A stretch of 64,000 nt of DNA from Amphiscolops sp. MND2022 (lineage: Eukaryota), in the NCBI GenBank assembly GCA_964187785.1, contig OZ076409.1, positions 54,996,001 to 55,060,000 of the forward strand. Reading direction: 5' to 3'. A model generated the notes under the pieces. It ran no database searches and was not told the DNA's origin. It worked only from the letters and a program-made list of their open reading frames with translations. Shown piece after piece: positions 10,001 through 20,645 of this stretch. Positions within the stretch are counted from its first letter, which is position 1, and the number at the start of each line of letters is the position of its first letter. Position numbers and translations under genes: made by a program.

Positions 10001-11181
10001 TGGGAATCGTACATGGATTCTTCGAAATTGGAGTCGTTCGAGAAGATTAGCAGTGACGACTTCTTGACCAATCATGAGTTCGGAGCTGAGTTACATTGTC
10101 AAGTACCAGCGAGGTATGCGAATTTCGTAATCGTTGTCGGGAATTCGTCGATCGTCTGGTTGACGTGATCTTGAGTCAGCAGGTCGTGTCCTCCGATTTC
10201 CTTCAGGGGCTGTATTGCTTCTGTCCTGAGTTGCTGCTAGAGGGGGACGATCGCCATATCTTCCAGCTGTTCTCTCGACTGGTTCGTGTGCTTGAGCGTT
10301 GTGGTTGTCTTTCTAGTAGTGATGCCCTGACTGGTCGTGAGGAGTTTGCCACATTTGTCGTCGATGCTAGGACGCGACATCGTGACTCGGAGAAAAGCGC
10401 GGAACAGATTAGAGATGTTACTACTTATATGCTTTCTGATTACAGTTTTATGTCGCGAAGGAGTCTGGTGCGAGTCTTGAAAGTATGTTGTTTGGTGGTG
10501 GATCGTCCTCGGAGGAAAATGCCCGAAATTGAGATTGACTTGAAAGATTGTGCTGTTCCTGCTGCCGTAGTGATGTCGTGTTTGAGGGGCGTTCAAAGTC
10601 ATGTGTCTTCTCCTGATTACAGACAGGGTGCTTTCTTCACTCAAGGCACAATGGAGAGTGTTCGTGATGCGATCGCTAATAGTCGCAATTTCATGTCGTG
10701 TGCTGGTTTTGATCCTTGGGAGGGCGTGTCGATTGGCGAACGTTCATCTTTCGTCCAGAAGTATTCGTCAGCTTTTGATGCCTACTTGAGCCGCAAGAAG
10801 AGCGAGGCTGCTAAACAACTACATAGTGCGAATCGACAGCCACGTCACGTTCAGTTCTCTGATTCAGGTGGTTCGGGCACGTCAAGTACCTGTAATTCTC
10901 CTCGTGCTGTGTTGCCGAGTTCTTCGTTTGCTGTTGCTTCTTCGGGGTCAGGTTCTGAAGTTGGGTCGTCAAAGCAGCGCTCATATACTGCCGAGTCTGC
11001 GTTAGCTGCTATTTTGGGACAGAAGAAAGAGGCGAAACCCACTGGTAAAGAGTCGGCTGTTCAGAAAGAGGCCTCCCCTAAACATGTCGTCAAGGATGCG
11101 GTGAAGGATCAGAAGAAAGATGCCACGAAGAGTCCAAAGCCGTCTAAAAAACGGTCGGGTTCCAAAACAGAGCGCGATTGA
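7007..11181 (+). CDS. Antisense spliced accessory gene of B: zinc finger plus hAT-transposase-like protein (frameshifted in this copy; 5' exons uncertain)
   Basis: FHCMICKRDVSMQSRGAREFVRHFSGDHH finger. GT-AG introns at 8822-8919, 9541-9640 and 9723-9866 join the ORFs in frame; further donors at 7152, 7671 and 8071. Homologous to the genes in C and D. Confidence 0.85.
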
Positions 11182-11473
11182 AGCTGATAACTGAGACTTT
11201 GGTATTGCTGCTATTTTGAAAACTCTAGTGATAGTCTTTGTAGTTGTATAGCTCATCCTGATATATCGGGTTGTGTTTGCTGTTTATTTGATGATTTTAT
11301 TTTGCTGATGTTAGAATTAGTTGATGATGGATGGCTCTTCAGTAAAATAGTATAGAAGTATTTGGAGTCAATAGAAAAAAAATCCAGAAAACTGAAGAAA
11401 AAGGCCGTAGTATGCCAATAATTAAAGTTGTCAGGTCGGTTCGATCTGGACACTTAGTGATACTGTTTTCTTT

Positions 11474-14400
11474 TTAGTGAGTCGTAGTGATAGCGTCAAG
11501 TCGTCTGAAGTCAGGATTAGCGTTAGGTTTAGGATTAGGTCGCAGATTGTATTTCGCTATTTTCCTTGGGTTGTATCCGACAGCTGTAGGCGGTGATCTT
11601 GGGGGAATAGGTGGAATTTCAATGGGTGGGGGGCGTCGTATGTATGGGTTATCCCCCGCGTCTGTTGTGAGATTTGAGAAGTCCGGCGACGGCGGCACTA
11701 CATCGTTTGTATCTTCGATATAATTTTTTGACGTTTGCGGCGTTGTGTCTTCGTCATTATTATTTGGCACTTCTTGTATCTCTACGTGGTAGTTGTTGCT
11801 TGTGCTTTTTGATGTTTTGTGTTCATCAATCTGCTTGCCAAAATCCAATTCCCATGATACCGCATACCTTTCGTTGTGTGAGACTTTAACGTCTGGATCG
11901 GGAAGGTAGTCGTTGGCTCGTACCGTGACGTCAGGCAAGCGTTGTTCAGGTAAGTAAGGTCGTATTCGGACTCTATGTAGCGTTTGCGTGTATCTCGTGC
12001 CAAGTTTTCGTATTGTGTAGTTGTTGTTTGATAATGCCTTTATCACAATATACGGTCCTGTCCAGATGCAGTCTTGGAACGCGAACTTAGTCGACTGATT
12101 GTCGGCTTTCGGGTTCAAGATGTAGCAGTAGCCATTTACTTTAAGCGGGGCTGCTGACGCTTTGTGGTCGTAATATTGTTTGTATTTGAGGTAAGACAGC
12201 ATGATGTTGTCCTTCGCTGTCGCTCGCACTTCGTTGATTTGTTTTTGTAGTTGTTCTGCTATGTCCGAGTTAGGGGTGGTTTTCCTTTTTGGCTTGATGC
12301 CCAGTTTTAAATCAAGAACGTTGTAGGGTATACGTCCGTGGAATACTGTGGATGGTTCGCAGCCCAGTGTTTCATGATATGTTGTATTGTAATTCATGAC
12401 TGCAATTTGAACGTATTTGTGCCACATTGAACGTCTTTCGCCCGTCGATATTTTGAGAGCCGTTTTGATTGAAGCATGAGTTCTCTCCAAAATTCCGATT
12501 GTTTGTGCATGTTTCGTAGACGCATGGCTGATCTGGATTTCGAGTATCTGAATTATTTCGGCAACGACTTCTGATCGGAATTGAGATCCTTTGTCTGATA
12601 GTATCAGTGTTGGCAAATATGCGTGTCTTGTCATGACGTCGACAATGCATCGTCCGATTGTTTTCGCTGTGACGTTCTGTGTTGGGTATGCGAATAGGTA
12701 GCGTGAAAATACATCAATCATCGTAACAATGTTTTGATATCCTGCAGAATTGGGTAGGTTCGGCAATATATCGATTTCAAGAATGTCCTCCGGGCCTAGG
12801 ACGTGTTCTGTATTGTTGATCATCTTCGGTCTGATTTGACAGTTGTTGATTCGTTTGTATTTGATGCAGTCTTCGCATCTCATCACCCACTGTCCACTGT
12901 CTGATCCGTTTTGCTAGTCCGGGGTAATAGTATTTTGATCTGCATTCGTGGATCATTTTTGTTATCCCTGGGTGTTTTCCCATTTGTCCGTGAAGTGCTT
13001 CCAAGAGTTCAGTAATCAAATGCTCAGGGACCAGTATTTGGTGGTGTGTAACCTGACCGCACTCTCCGTAGTATTTGCGCATGAGTATTCCATCTTTGAC
13101 TATGAGTCTGTTTTCATGGACCAGGAGACGTTTTGCTGTCGGGTCAGTTTGTAAGAGATGTTTGTCAAATTCTTCGCATATTAGCTTCTTTTTAATTGCT
13201 TTGAAAACTAGGTTTGAGTCTTGTTCTACTCTGATGCGTGCGTCCTCTTTTATTGCCCCAAAGGTGTAAGAGGCTTTATTTATCGGGATTGGTGTCGTTT
13301 CTTTTATGGCTAGTTTTATTTTTGTCGTCTCTTCATCGCGCGCATTTTGTCTTGCTTGTTCTTTTTGTAGGAGGATTTCTTCTTCGGTTTCAATCGTCTC
13401 ATCTGGAAGGAAGAAAAGTTGTTCCTCATCTGCGACGTCGGTAGATTGTAGGTTGACTTGTATTGGTCGGATTGTGATGTCCTCTCTTATTTTCAATTCG
13501 ACTCTTTCTTTGGGAAAGAGTTCAATGCGTGATAGAAAGTCGGCTGCAGTGTTTTGCGTACCAGCGACGTGCATTATGTGGAAATTGAATTGTAGCACAT
13601 AGTCACACGCGTTCCACAGCGTAGGTGGTATGGCTTTCGTTTGAAAGAAACGCGTGACTGACCTATTGTCGGTCATTACAAGTGTCGGTAGCGTTGTTTC
13701 CCACAGTATGTGGCTGTATTCTAGAAATGCGTGGTAAATTGCCAAGAATTCTTTGCAATAGATAGACATTTTTAGTTGAGCTGGGGAAAATACTTTCGAT
13801 CCGAATGCGACTGGGGCGAACGTTTTCCTTTTGAAATTGATTTTTCTGTCATTGTCCTCCTCGATCATTAATGCATAGCCAGAGGCTCGGAAGCTGGCAT
13901 CCGTCATTAGGACGTATTGCCGTCCTGTGATTGGTTGTTTGAGAGCCAATCCGCAGGCTTGCGACAGCGCTGCGTTGATCGCCTTGTAATGGTCGAGTAG
14001 TTCTTCAGTGATTTTGATTTGTTTGTCTGCTTTCAGCAGCTCATAGAATCCGAGTAATTTTTCAGATAAGCGCGGGATGTAGTTGCGATAATAATTGACA
14101 AAACCGATATATCTTTGTACTTGTTTTTTTTTATTTCGGAAATCGTACATTTGCTAAGAATTTTTGTATTTTATGGTCTTGAGGGGCAATTCCTTGCGGG
14201 GTGATTGTTCTTCCAAGGAATTCAACTTCAGTCACTCCAAAATGGCATTTGTCGATAGATAGTTTAAGTCCTGCTTGTCTGATGCATTCGAAAACAGATC
14301 GTATGTTACGTATCAGTTGCGTCACTGAATTTGCCGCAATTCCGATGTCATCCACATATTGTGCGCACTGGTCTGCTTTGATCACTTTATCTAAGTATTC

Positions 14401-16370
14401 TCTCATGAAACTTGAGAATGCTGATAAGGCTCTGCTCAGTCCCTGTGCTAGGCGTTTGTAGGCGAACGTCCTGCTTGCGAAATTGAATGCCAGCATTTCA
14501 ATGGACCTTTGATCTGCCATTTGTAGGCAGTGGTATGCTTGTGAGCAGTCTAATTTGCAAAACAACTTTTTACCAGCTAGGTGTTGAGCTGCGTCTGACA
14601 AGGTACTAACTGGGTGGTTGTTGTTGATGTAGTCATCTGAGATCAATGCGTTTATCTTTCGCAGGTCGACAAGTAGACGCAATTTGCCATTTGGTTTGCG
14701 TTGTGCAAAAATTGGGCTTGCATATTTTGAAAACGGCAGGGTCGTTATGATGCCGTATCTGTGCATTAGTGCCATATCAACTGTTAGGTCTTTTTTCAAA
14801 TTTATTGGTACTGGCAAGCTTTGCGTGTAGATTGGGCGTTCATCCTTCGGGGTTAGCTTAACCTTGAAGTTGTTGTTGATGCCAATGTCAAGGCGATGAC
14901 GCGCGAAGATGTCGTTGTATTCGATTATTGTTTGTTCAAGTTGTTTCCTGTCATTACCTTCGATTTGGGAGCCTTCCCATTGGAACATGTCAAGGAATTT
15001 CTTTCTTGATTCTTGGTCTTTTGTTGGGTCTAGTTCTTCTTTCTTGATGAGTTCACGGATTTCTTTCAGTATTCGCCGCTGGATTGGCGTGTGCTCTTCT
15101 TCATTTCCTGGGTTCTCAGGTGTGGGAAACCAGATATTTTCGTCACTTTGTTCAGTTTCGTTGGATTTCATGAGTTCATTTACATACAAGTGGGTGTCAT
15201 CTGGATCTTCTAGCAGTTTGAGTGCAGCGGCGTCTACTGGACGTATTTGTTTCGTGTCCTCGGGTTTGAGGATTTGTAGTTCCGCTAATTTTGTGTGATT
15301 CTTTATTGTGTGAGGGAAATCCGTTAAGTTGGCGATCCGGATGTTGAGTCTTTTGTTGTGGGCTGTCGCTAGTGCTGGTGCGACGATGATTGTTGCTGTT
15401 TCATCAAATTGTGGCAGTGGTTGTACCGCACCAGTGACGTCGTTCATGTTTGTGGTTATTACTATCGCGTTCACTGTTGTTGTTTGTTGGGGCGGAAGTG
15501 TTTGATTGCCTTCTGCCATTATTTGGAGTGGTTTCGGATTGCATTTTTTCAATTCGTCTGTCATGGCTAGCGTCATTTCGACGTGCGGGAAATTGATGGT
15601 TCCGTTGGCGGTGTCAATTACTGCTTGGTGGTTTCTCATGAAGTTCAGTCCTATGATAGGAAATGACGTTTTCGATATTATGACGAAGGTATCTGTGAAG
15701 GTGTATGTTCCAATGTTGAATTGGATGTCCGCTGTGGCTATTGGTTGCTCTAGTTGTGCGTTCGCGCATTCAATTTTGAAGGGTGGTTGTGGGTATTCTT
15801 TTATGACACAACTGTCACTATTCATTTTGATCGCATTGTAGTCTGACCAGGACATGGCAATGATGAACGCGCCTGAATCGACCAGTCCATCCATTGTTAT
15901 TTCGCCGAATTCGAGTGGCAAGTACAGCATTCTTCGTCTGCATTTGAGGACTATGGTGGAGTGGAGAGGTATGTATGTTTCCCCATCCTTTTCAGCTACG
16001 TACTCCTTGATTGAGTTGAGTGCTGTGGGAAAATTGTCTAGGAACATAAATGTTTTGGTGGGATCATGATTATGTTCTTTGTTCGGTTGTGACGATGAGC
16101 AGTCGTCGTGGGCGTTTTCTTTTGTTCCGACTGGTTTGCAACGGGGAGTTCTCTGTAATCTTTATCGTGGGTGTAGGTGTCTTCTTGTTCAGTTTGCGAG
16201 TATGGCCTTTTTATAGAAGCGAGTGCTTGTCGTCTTAGCCAGTCCTCTGTTGGTGTACCGTTGCATTCAATCGTTGTGTTGTTAACGTATGTGGTAGGGG
16301 GATCCTCGGTTGAATACGCCCTCGCGTCTACTTTTTCCCCAAAACGCAGGCGCGGCGTAATTAGTTTTTT
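11474..16370 (-). pseudogene. pol: pol of B (PR-RT-RNase H-integrase), frameshifted near 16050, 14140 and 12890
   Basis: LVDSGA (protease); YVDD (RT); TDASFRASG and TDNRS (RH); HPG...CEDC, IDVFSRY, SDKGSQF, LERTH and GPY (IN). Confidence 0.95.
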
Positions 16371-17800
16371 GGTTCGGTGGTAAAGTCGGTTGTTGTCATT
16401 TGGGCCGGCGTGTCCCTTTTTTGTTCTTGTGTAGTGTGACGTTTTGGACGCGGGTCGTTGGCAGCGTTGGCTCCATTCCAATAATTTTCCGTCTTGTGGG
16501 GCTTGCCGCACGTGTCGCATTTAAGTGATTTGCCTGAGTTGTTGTTGGTTTGGCCATTGTTTCTTTTGGTTTGCATCCATTTATCTCTTTTTATTTTCCT
16601 ACATTCCGCTTTGTAGTGTCCAAATTTGTTGCAGTAGAAGCAATACCCTTTCTTGGCGTTTTGCGTCGTATTGTCGGCTTGTTTGGACTCAGTGTTTGGT
16701 GGGGCTGGTTCTACTTTGTTTAGTGGTACTAGGGTCACCTCGTCCGGCGCACCGAGGCCGTTAAGTCTCATTTCCCTTTCTAGGTGGAGTACGATGTCGT
16801 TGTAGGGTTTGTCTTCAAGATACGCCCTGTTTAGTATTTTTTTTACGTGGTCTGGCATTTTTGCAGAGATCGCCTTATCAATAAATTGTTGGGCTTTGGA
16901 GCCGAAGGCTTCTTTGGCGGTTTTTTGAAGTCCATCCAGAAATTCGTGGAGTTTTTGGTTGGAGGGATCGAATTTGAGCGCATCCCATTCGCATCTTGCT
17001 TTGGCCATAGACAGATAGTCTCCGAAACGTCGTTTGAAGATCGTCATGATTTCATCAAGGGAATCCTTTTTCGTATCTTCGATATTGCGGAACGCCTCTA
17101 AGGCATCTCCTCTGGGTAAGGAGTGGAAATAGTTTATTTTTTGGATTTCCGTAAGATGCGGGTACATTTTGAAATTATTGCGAAAAAAGTCTTCGAAAAC
17201 CTCGAATTTTTCCGACTTCCCGTCGAAGGTCGGGAGTGACGCCGTTAGTGCTTTTGGCATGGGCAGTGTAGTGCCATCATTTTTATCCGTTGCAAATAAA
17301 GTCCTTGCCACTACTGGACGTTCTTTTGATGTCGGTTGACTTTGGGACCGGGCTTTTGTTCTTTTTGGCTGGTTTGTGGAGTCAGTTAGGACTCCTGTCA
17401 CCATGTTACGACATATATTCGGGTCGTTTTGTGTAGAATTTATTCTGACTGATTTTGTCGGAGTGTAAAAGTTCCTAGTTTCGTTTTCCGTTTCCTCATC
17501 AAGGTTATCTCTAACATTTTCCCTCGTTTTAGGTTTGAGGAGTTCCAACATCTCCTTTTGAGACTCGACGAGGAGACTCTTAATCTCAGATGTTATTTCT
17601 TCCTTCAAAGTAGCCCTTAAACTCTCCAAGAGGCTATCTTCAATTCGGGGCGATTTTGGTCTAGATGGGCCCGCTACTACTACGTCCTGATCCGAGGAAC
17701 AGGGAACTTCCATTAGTATCGGCGAAACAAAACCTTCACTTACGTCTCTATCACCTTCTTGCTGAACATTCCTTCTTTTCTGGCTTCTTGTTGTTGACAT
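16361..17800 (-). CDS. gag: Gag of B, 479 aa, starting inside the 5' LTR
   Basis: Open ORF with CFYCNKFGHYKAEC knuckle; highly similar to Gag of A. Confidence 0.92.
   Translation of the reverse strand: MSTTRSQKRRNVQQEGDRDVSEGFVSPILMEVPCSSDQDVVVAGPSRPKSPRIEDSLLESLRATLKEEITSEIKSLLVESQKEMLELLKPKTRENVRDNLDEETENETRNFYTPTKSVRINSTQNDPNICRNMVTGVLTDSTNQPKRTKARSQSQPTSKERPVVARTLFATDKNDGTTLPMPKALTASLPTFDGKSEKFEVFEDFFRNNFKMYPHLTEIQKINYFHSLPRGDALEAFRNIEDTKKDSLDEIMTIFKRRFGDYLSMAKARCEWDALKFDPSNQKLHEFLDGLQKTAKEAFGSKAQQFIDKAISAKMPDHVKKILNRAYLEDKPYNDIVLHLEREMRLNGLGAPDEVTLVPLNKVEPAPPNTESKQADNTTQNAKKGYCFYCNKFGHYKAECRKIKRDKWMQTKRNNGQTNNNSGKSLKCDTCGKPHKTENYWNGANAANDPRPKRHTTQEQKRDTPAQMTTTDFTTEPKN
17391..17403 (-). 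promoter_or_regulatory. Primer-binding site TGGTGACAGGAGT (tRNA-Leu-like, tentative)
   Basis: Abuts the LTR CA end; same or near-identical motif in A, C and D; resembles the complement of tRNA-Leu 3' ends. Confidence 0.8.
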
Positions 17801-19859
17801 TTTGCTGTAGAAAAGTTTTATCTTGAAGAATTGAATTTCTTTCAGAGAATATTTTCAAGCAGAGTTAGAGAATTAGAGTTTGACGAAATTGAGAATTCAA
17901 CTGAATCACACAATTACAAAAGACTGAGTCCCTCAGTCAATTAAAATCATCCTATATACCCTCCTAGCATCATTTGATCACGAGCTGAAATCCTAATTTC
18001 CTTCGAACAATTAGTCATTTCCTGTATTTTCGGTGAAAAAATCTTTTGTTTCCAATTTTACGTCGACATTTCGTCAATTTTTGAGACACGATGATCTACA
18101 TCTTGTATTAGTCATCAAGCATAATCATATCATTTCATCCCGGCGTCCTTTTTATTTCCTCCCAAGCAGGAAGTAGATATTACTTCAGTCTGTCAAACCG
18201 GAAATGATTCCCCGTTTTACTGCTTTGGTTCGTTAGAAATTGACGCTGAGGTGACGCTGACGTGAACAACTAATGCTTGATTTTGAATTTTAACTTGAGG
18301 AAAATGCTATGACTAATGTTTTCAGCCTTAGAATTTCTAATGATGCTAGCAAAAGTGGAAACGAAAATTATAGGACTAGCAACAATTTCTAAATTGGGCT
18401 CAATTTAGATTGTTATCAACTATCTAGAACAAGTCAACGAATCATTAACGTTTACATTAGAGTACTAAATTATTTTAACTGCAACACTTGGCTATTACAA
18501 AATTGTCTAAAAGGTTATGGAAATATGACGTGATAATCATGAAATTCCGAGCGTGCAAATCCTCACAATTAAACCTTCATAAAATCACGAGATTATGGGT
18601 TAGCGTCCTGACGTCGCCAATTTAGATCAACGGAGTAACACATATAGTCACAATAATAGTTACAAATGCTAAGGAGTTCAAACATGGTTATCGCATACAA
18701 CTGAGGCAACAATGAACACAGATATATTGAGAAGATACAAATGTAGACAAAACATTAGGAAAAATATGATTAAGTTATCAAAATATAGCTCTCTCGCCAG
18801 TTCATATTTCACTGTTGCACAGACACGTCCGACTGACGTCAAGTTGTTCAAATAGCATCCAAGGACTGTAATAGTTAATACAAAATGTACAGTGACAGCC
18901 TCCTCTCCTAGAATAAACTGTGACATCATATATTAAGAGTAGGAAAAACTCTAATAAGGTTGTTCTGTAACGTGATTTTAATAAGCCCGTAGACAAGCCG
19001 ACGATGCCTGGACGCGAATTTTCAGGAAATGTTCTTATCTTTGTTGAACTAGTTAGAGTCCTGAAACGTTTCCTTTCCGTCACATCTGTAATACCGATAT
19101 TCATTTCACTATCTTGGATGGACTAAAACAGCTACTTTGATGGATTTTGGACGTAACGCGGACGTACGTATTAGCATTGGCCTTAATCTGCTGGTATTGG
19201 ACGTAGCTTTGACGTAATTTTGGAGTGAAATCTAACTAGCTGTTATGGCTGTGACGTCACGCCGACGTCTGATTTGGAATACTTTCTGCCTCGTTAACTA
19301 GTTAGCGGCAGAGTGCTGACGTCACTATTATAGTAATATTTGCATATACCTTTTAATATTTGTTTGCTTAGCGACGCGATACCGTCCTATTCTGCATTAA
19401 TTGCTGTTCAAAGCGCAATTAAGTTGCCTTTCTTAGAAAAGACTTAAATGTTTCGGCGTGTCATCTCAATGTATTTTCTATTTTAGATCTGTTTGTTGTA
19501 CGTTCCCGATTAGCAATTTTGAATGTGTTTTTGTTTAGATCAGTCTATTGTCTTTTTTCTAAGACGTATTCCTAATTAGGTTTTCAGGTTGCGAATGTTT
19601 CTACTTTGACGTGATAAAAGCGTCCTCCTGGAAACGTATGAAATCATTTTGATTCATTTTAGTTTCTGTTTTCATTTTCGTTTAAACTTTTCGTAAGTTG
19701 GGCGTTCGTTTCCGTATTTTTAGTCACAGTTTATTTCAAAGATAAGGTTTTAGAGTTACCAGTTAAAATAAGATTTGGGGAATCTCAAATTGCCTCCATG
19801 TCCTCTTCCGATCTTCAGTCGTCGGCAACCACAAGCCAGACCGGGAGCGGGCTGTGACA
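17404..19859 (-). repeat. 5' LTR of B (2456 bp)
   Basis: Direct repeat of 3515-5972; followed by the PBS. Confidence 0.95.
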
Positions 19860-19864
19860 TTCAG

Positions 19865-20111
19865 TGTTATGGAAACGTCCTGCCGGAAATGTATGAAATC
19901 ATTTTGGCTAAGTGTTTCTCTTTCCATTTTCATTTTTAGATTTGCGCACACTAGACGTATTTCCATTTTCAGTCACAGTTTATCTTAATCATTAATTACA
20001 GTTTGAGTCAGTATCTGAAATACCTGTTTGCCAATTTTGCTGTACAGCCGTGCCCACGTCCGTATCCTACTCGTCTACAGCCGCAATCCAGTCCGGGAGC
20101 GGACTGTGACA
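19865..20111 (-). repeat. First 247 bp of the 5' LTR of A
   Basis: Continues 3514 across the TSD; similar to the start of the B LTR; ends TGTGACA on the plus strand. Confidence 0.85.
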
Positions 20112-20203
20112 CACGGTAAGATCATAGAAAACAATTTGTTTTGATTTAAATAGTTCCTCATGTTAACAGAATACGATCAGTCTGGCTGGGGAACCCTACC
20201 AGG

Positions 20204-20645
20204 CACGGGTGCTCAATATTTTATTGGAATATTATTTTTGCCTAAAAATAAAGTATTTTATTTTCAAGATGGAAAAAATAAATAATTTCATTTCTTTGGT
20301 AAAATAATTATTTTTATTCTCAGCGAAAAACAGATATCAACAAAAACTTAGCTTATGCTCTCAACATCACGAACAGACCAATATTTTTGTTAGCCATCAA
20401 AAACATTTGCGACTCAAAGTTCACTGGGCTGAGTTTTTGGAGGTGATCTCCAAGAAACGTTTTGCTTAGCTAAAAAGTTCCGCATGTGTTGAAATAAACG
20501 CTCCTAGTTTTAGTTTTCTCAAGAATAATTTTTATTTTGACAGGTCCAAAAATAATTATTTTTATTCATTGGAGTGTAAAAATTATTTTTTAAATTTTAT
20601 TTATTGTAATTATTCTTACCCATAATTATTCATTGAACACTCCTG
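20204..20645. mobile_element. Degenerate hAT-type MITE
   Basis: Imperfect TIRs CACGGGTGCTCAA / TTGAACACTCCTG; 8-bp flanks CTACCAGG and CGGCCAGG; AT-rich interior with AAAATAATTATTTT repeats. Confidence 0.55.

Larger units (their letters stand above)
3515..19859 (-). mobile_element. Full-length Ty3/Gypsy LTR retrotransposon B (16.3 kb) nested in the LTR of A
   Basis: Near-identical LTRs at 3515-5972 and 17404-19859 with TG...CA ends; perfect 5-bp TSD TTCAG at 3510-3514 and 19860-19864; gag-PR-RT-RH-IN order. Confidence 0.97.
1..20111 (-). mobile_element. Ty3/Gypsy LTR retrotransposon A (5' part only; continues beyond the window start; 5' LTR interrupted by element B)
   Basis: gag at 351-1793 and PBS TGGTGAAAGGAGT at 1393-1381. 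The LTR runs 1394-3514 and resumes at 19865-20111, where it starts TGTCACAG on the minus strand. It is clearly similar to, but diverged from, the LTR of B. Confidence 0.9.

Noticed and set aside
5932..11181. env gene in the post-pol region
   Set aside because: No signal peptide, furin site or transmembrane anchor is seen; the large gene is antisense and has a zinc finger
7007..11181. Host gene or independent nested DNA transposon
   Set aside because: It lies inside TSD-bounded elements at the same position and orientation in three families, with no TIRs or TSD of its own
14131..14150. Programmed frameshift within pol of B
   Set aside because: It falls in an A-run; C and D read through the same site in frame (KFPKSKKA), so it is a mutation or sequencing error
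14201..16069. Plus-strand ORFs opposite pol and gag (also within C and D)
   Set aside because: Shadow ORFs caused by codon bias on the coding strand
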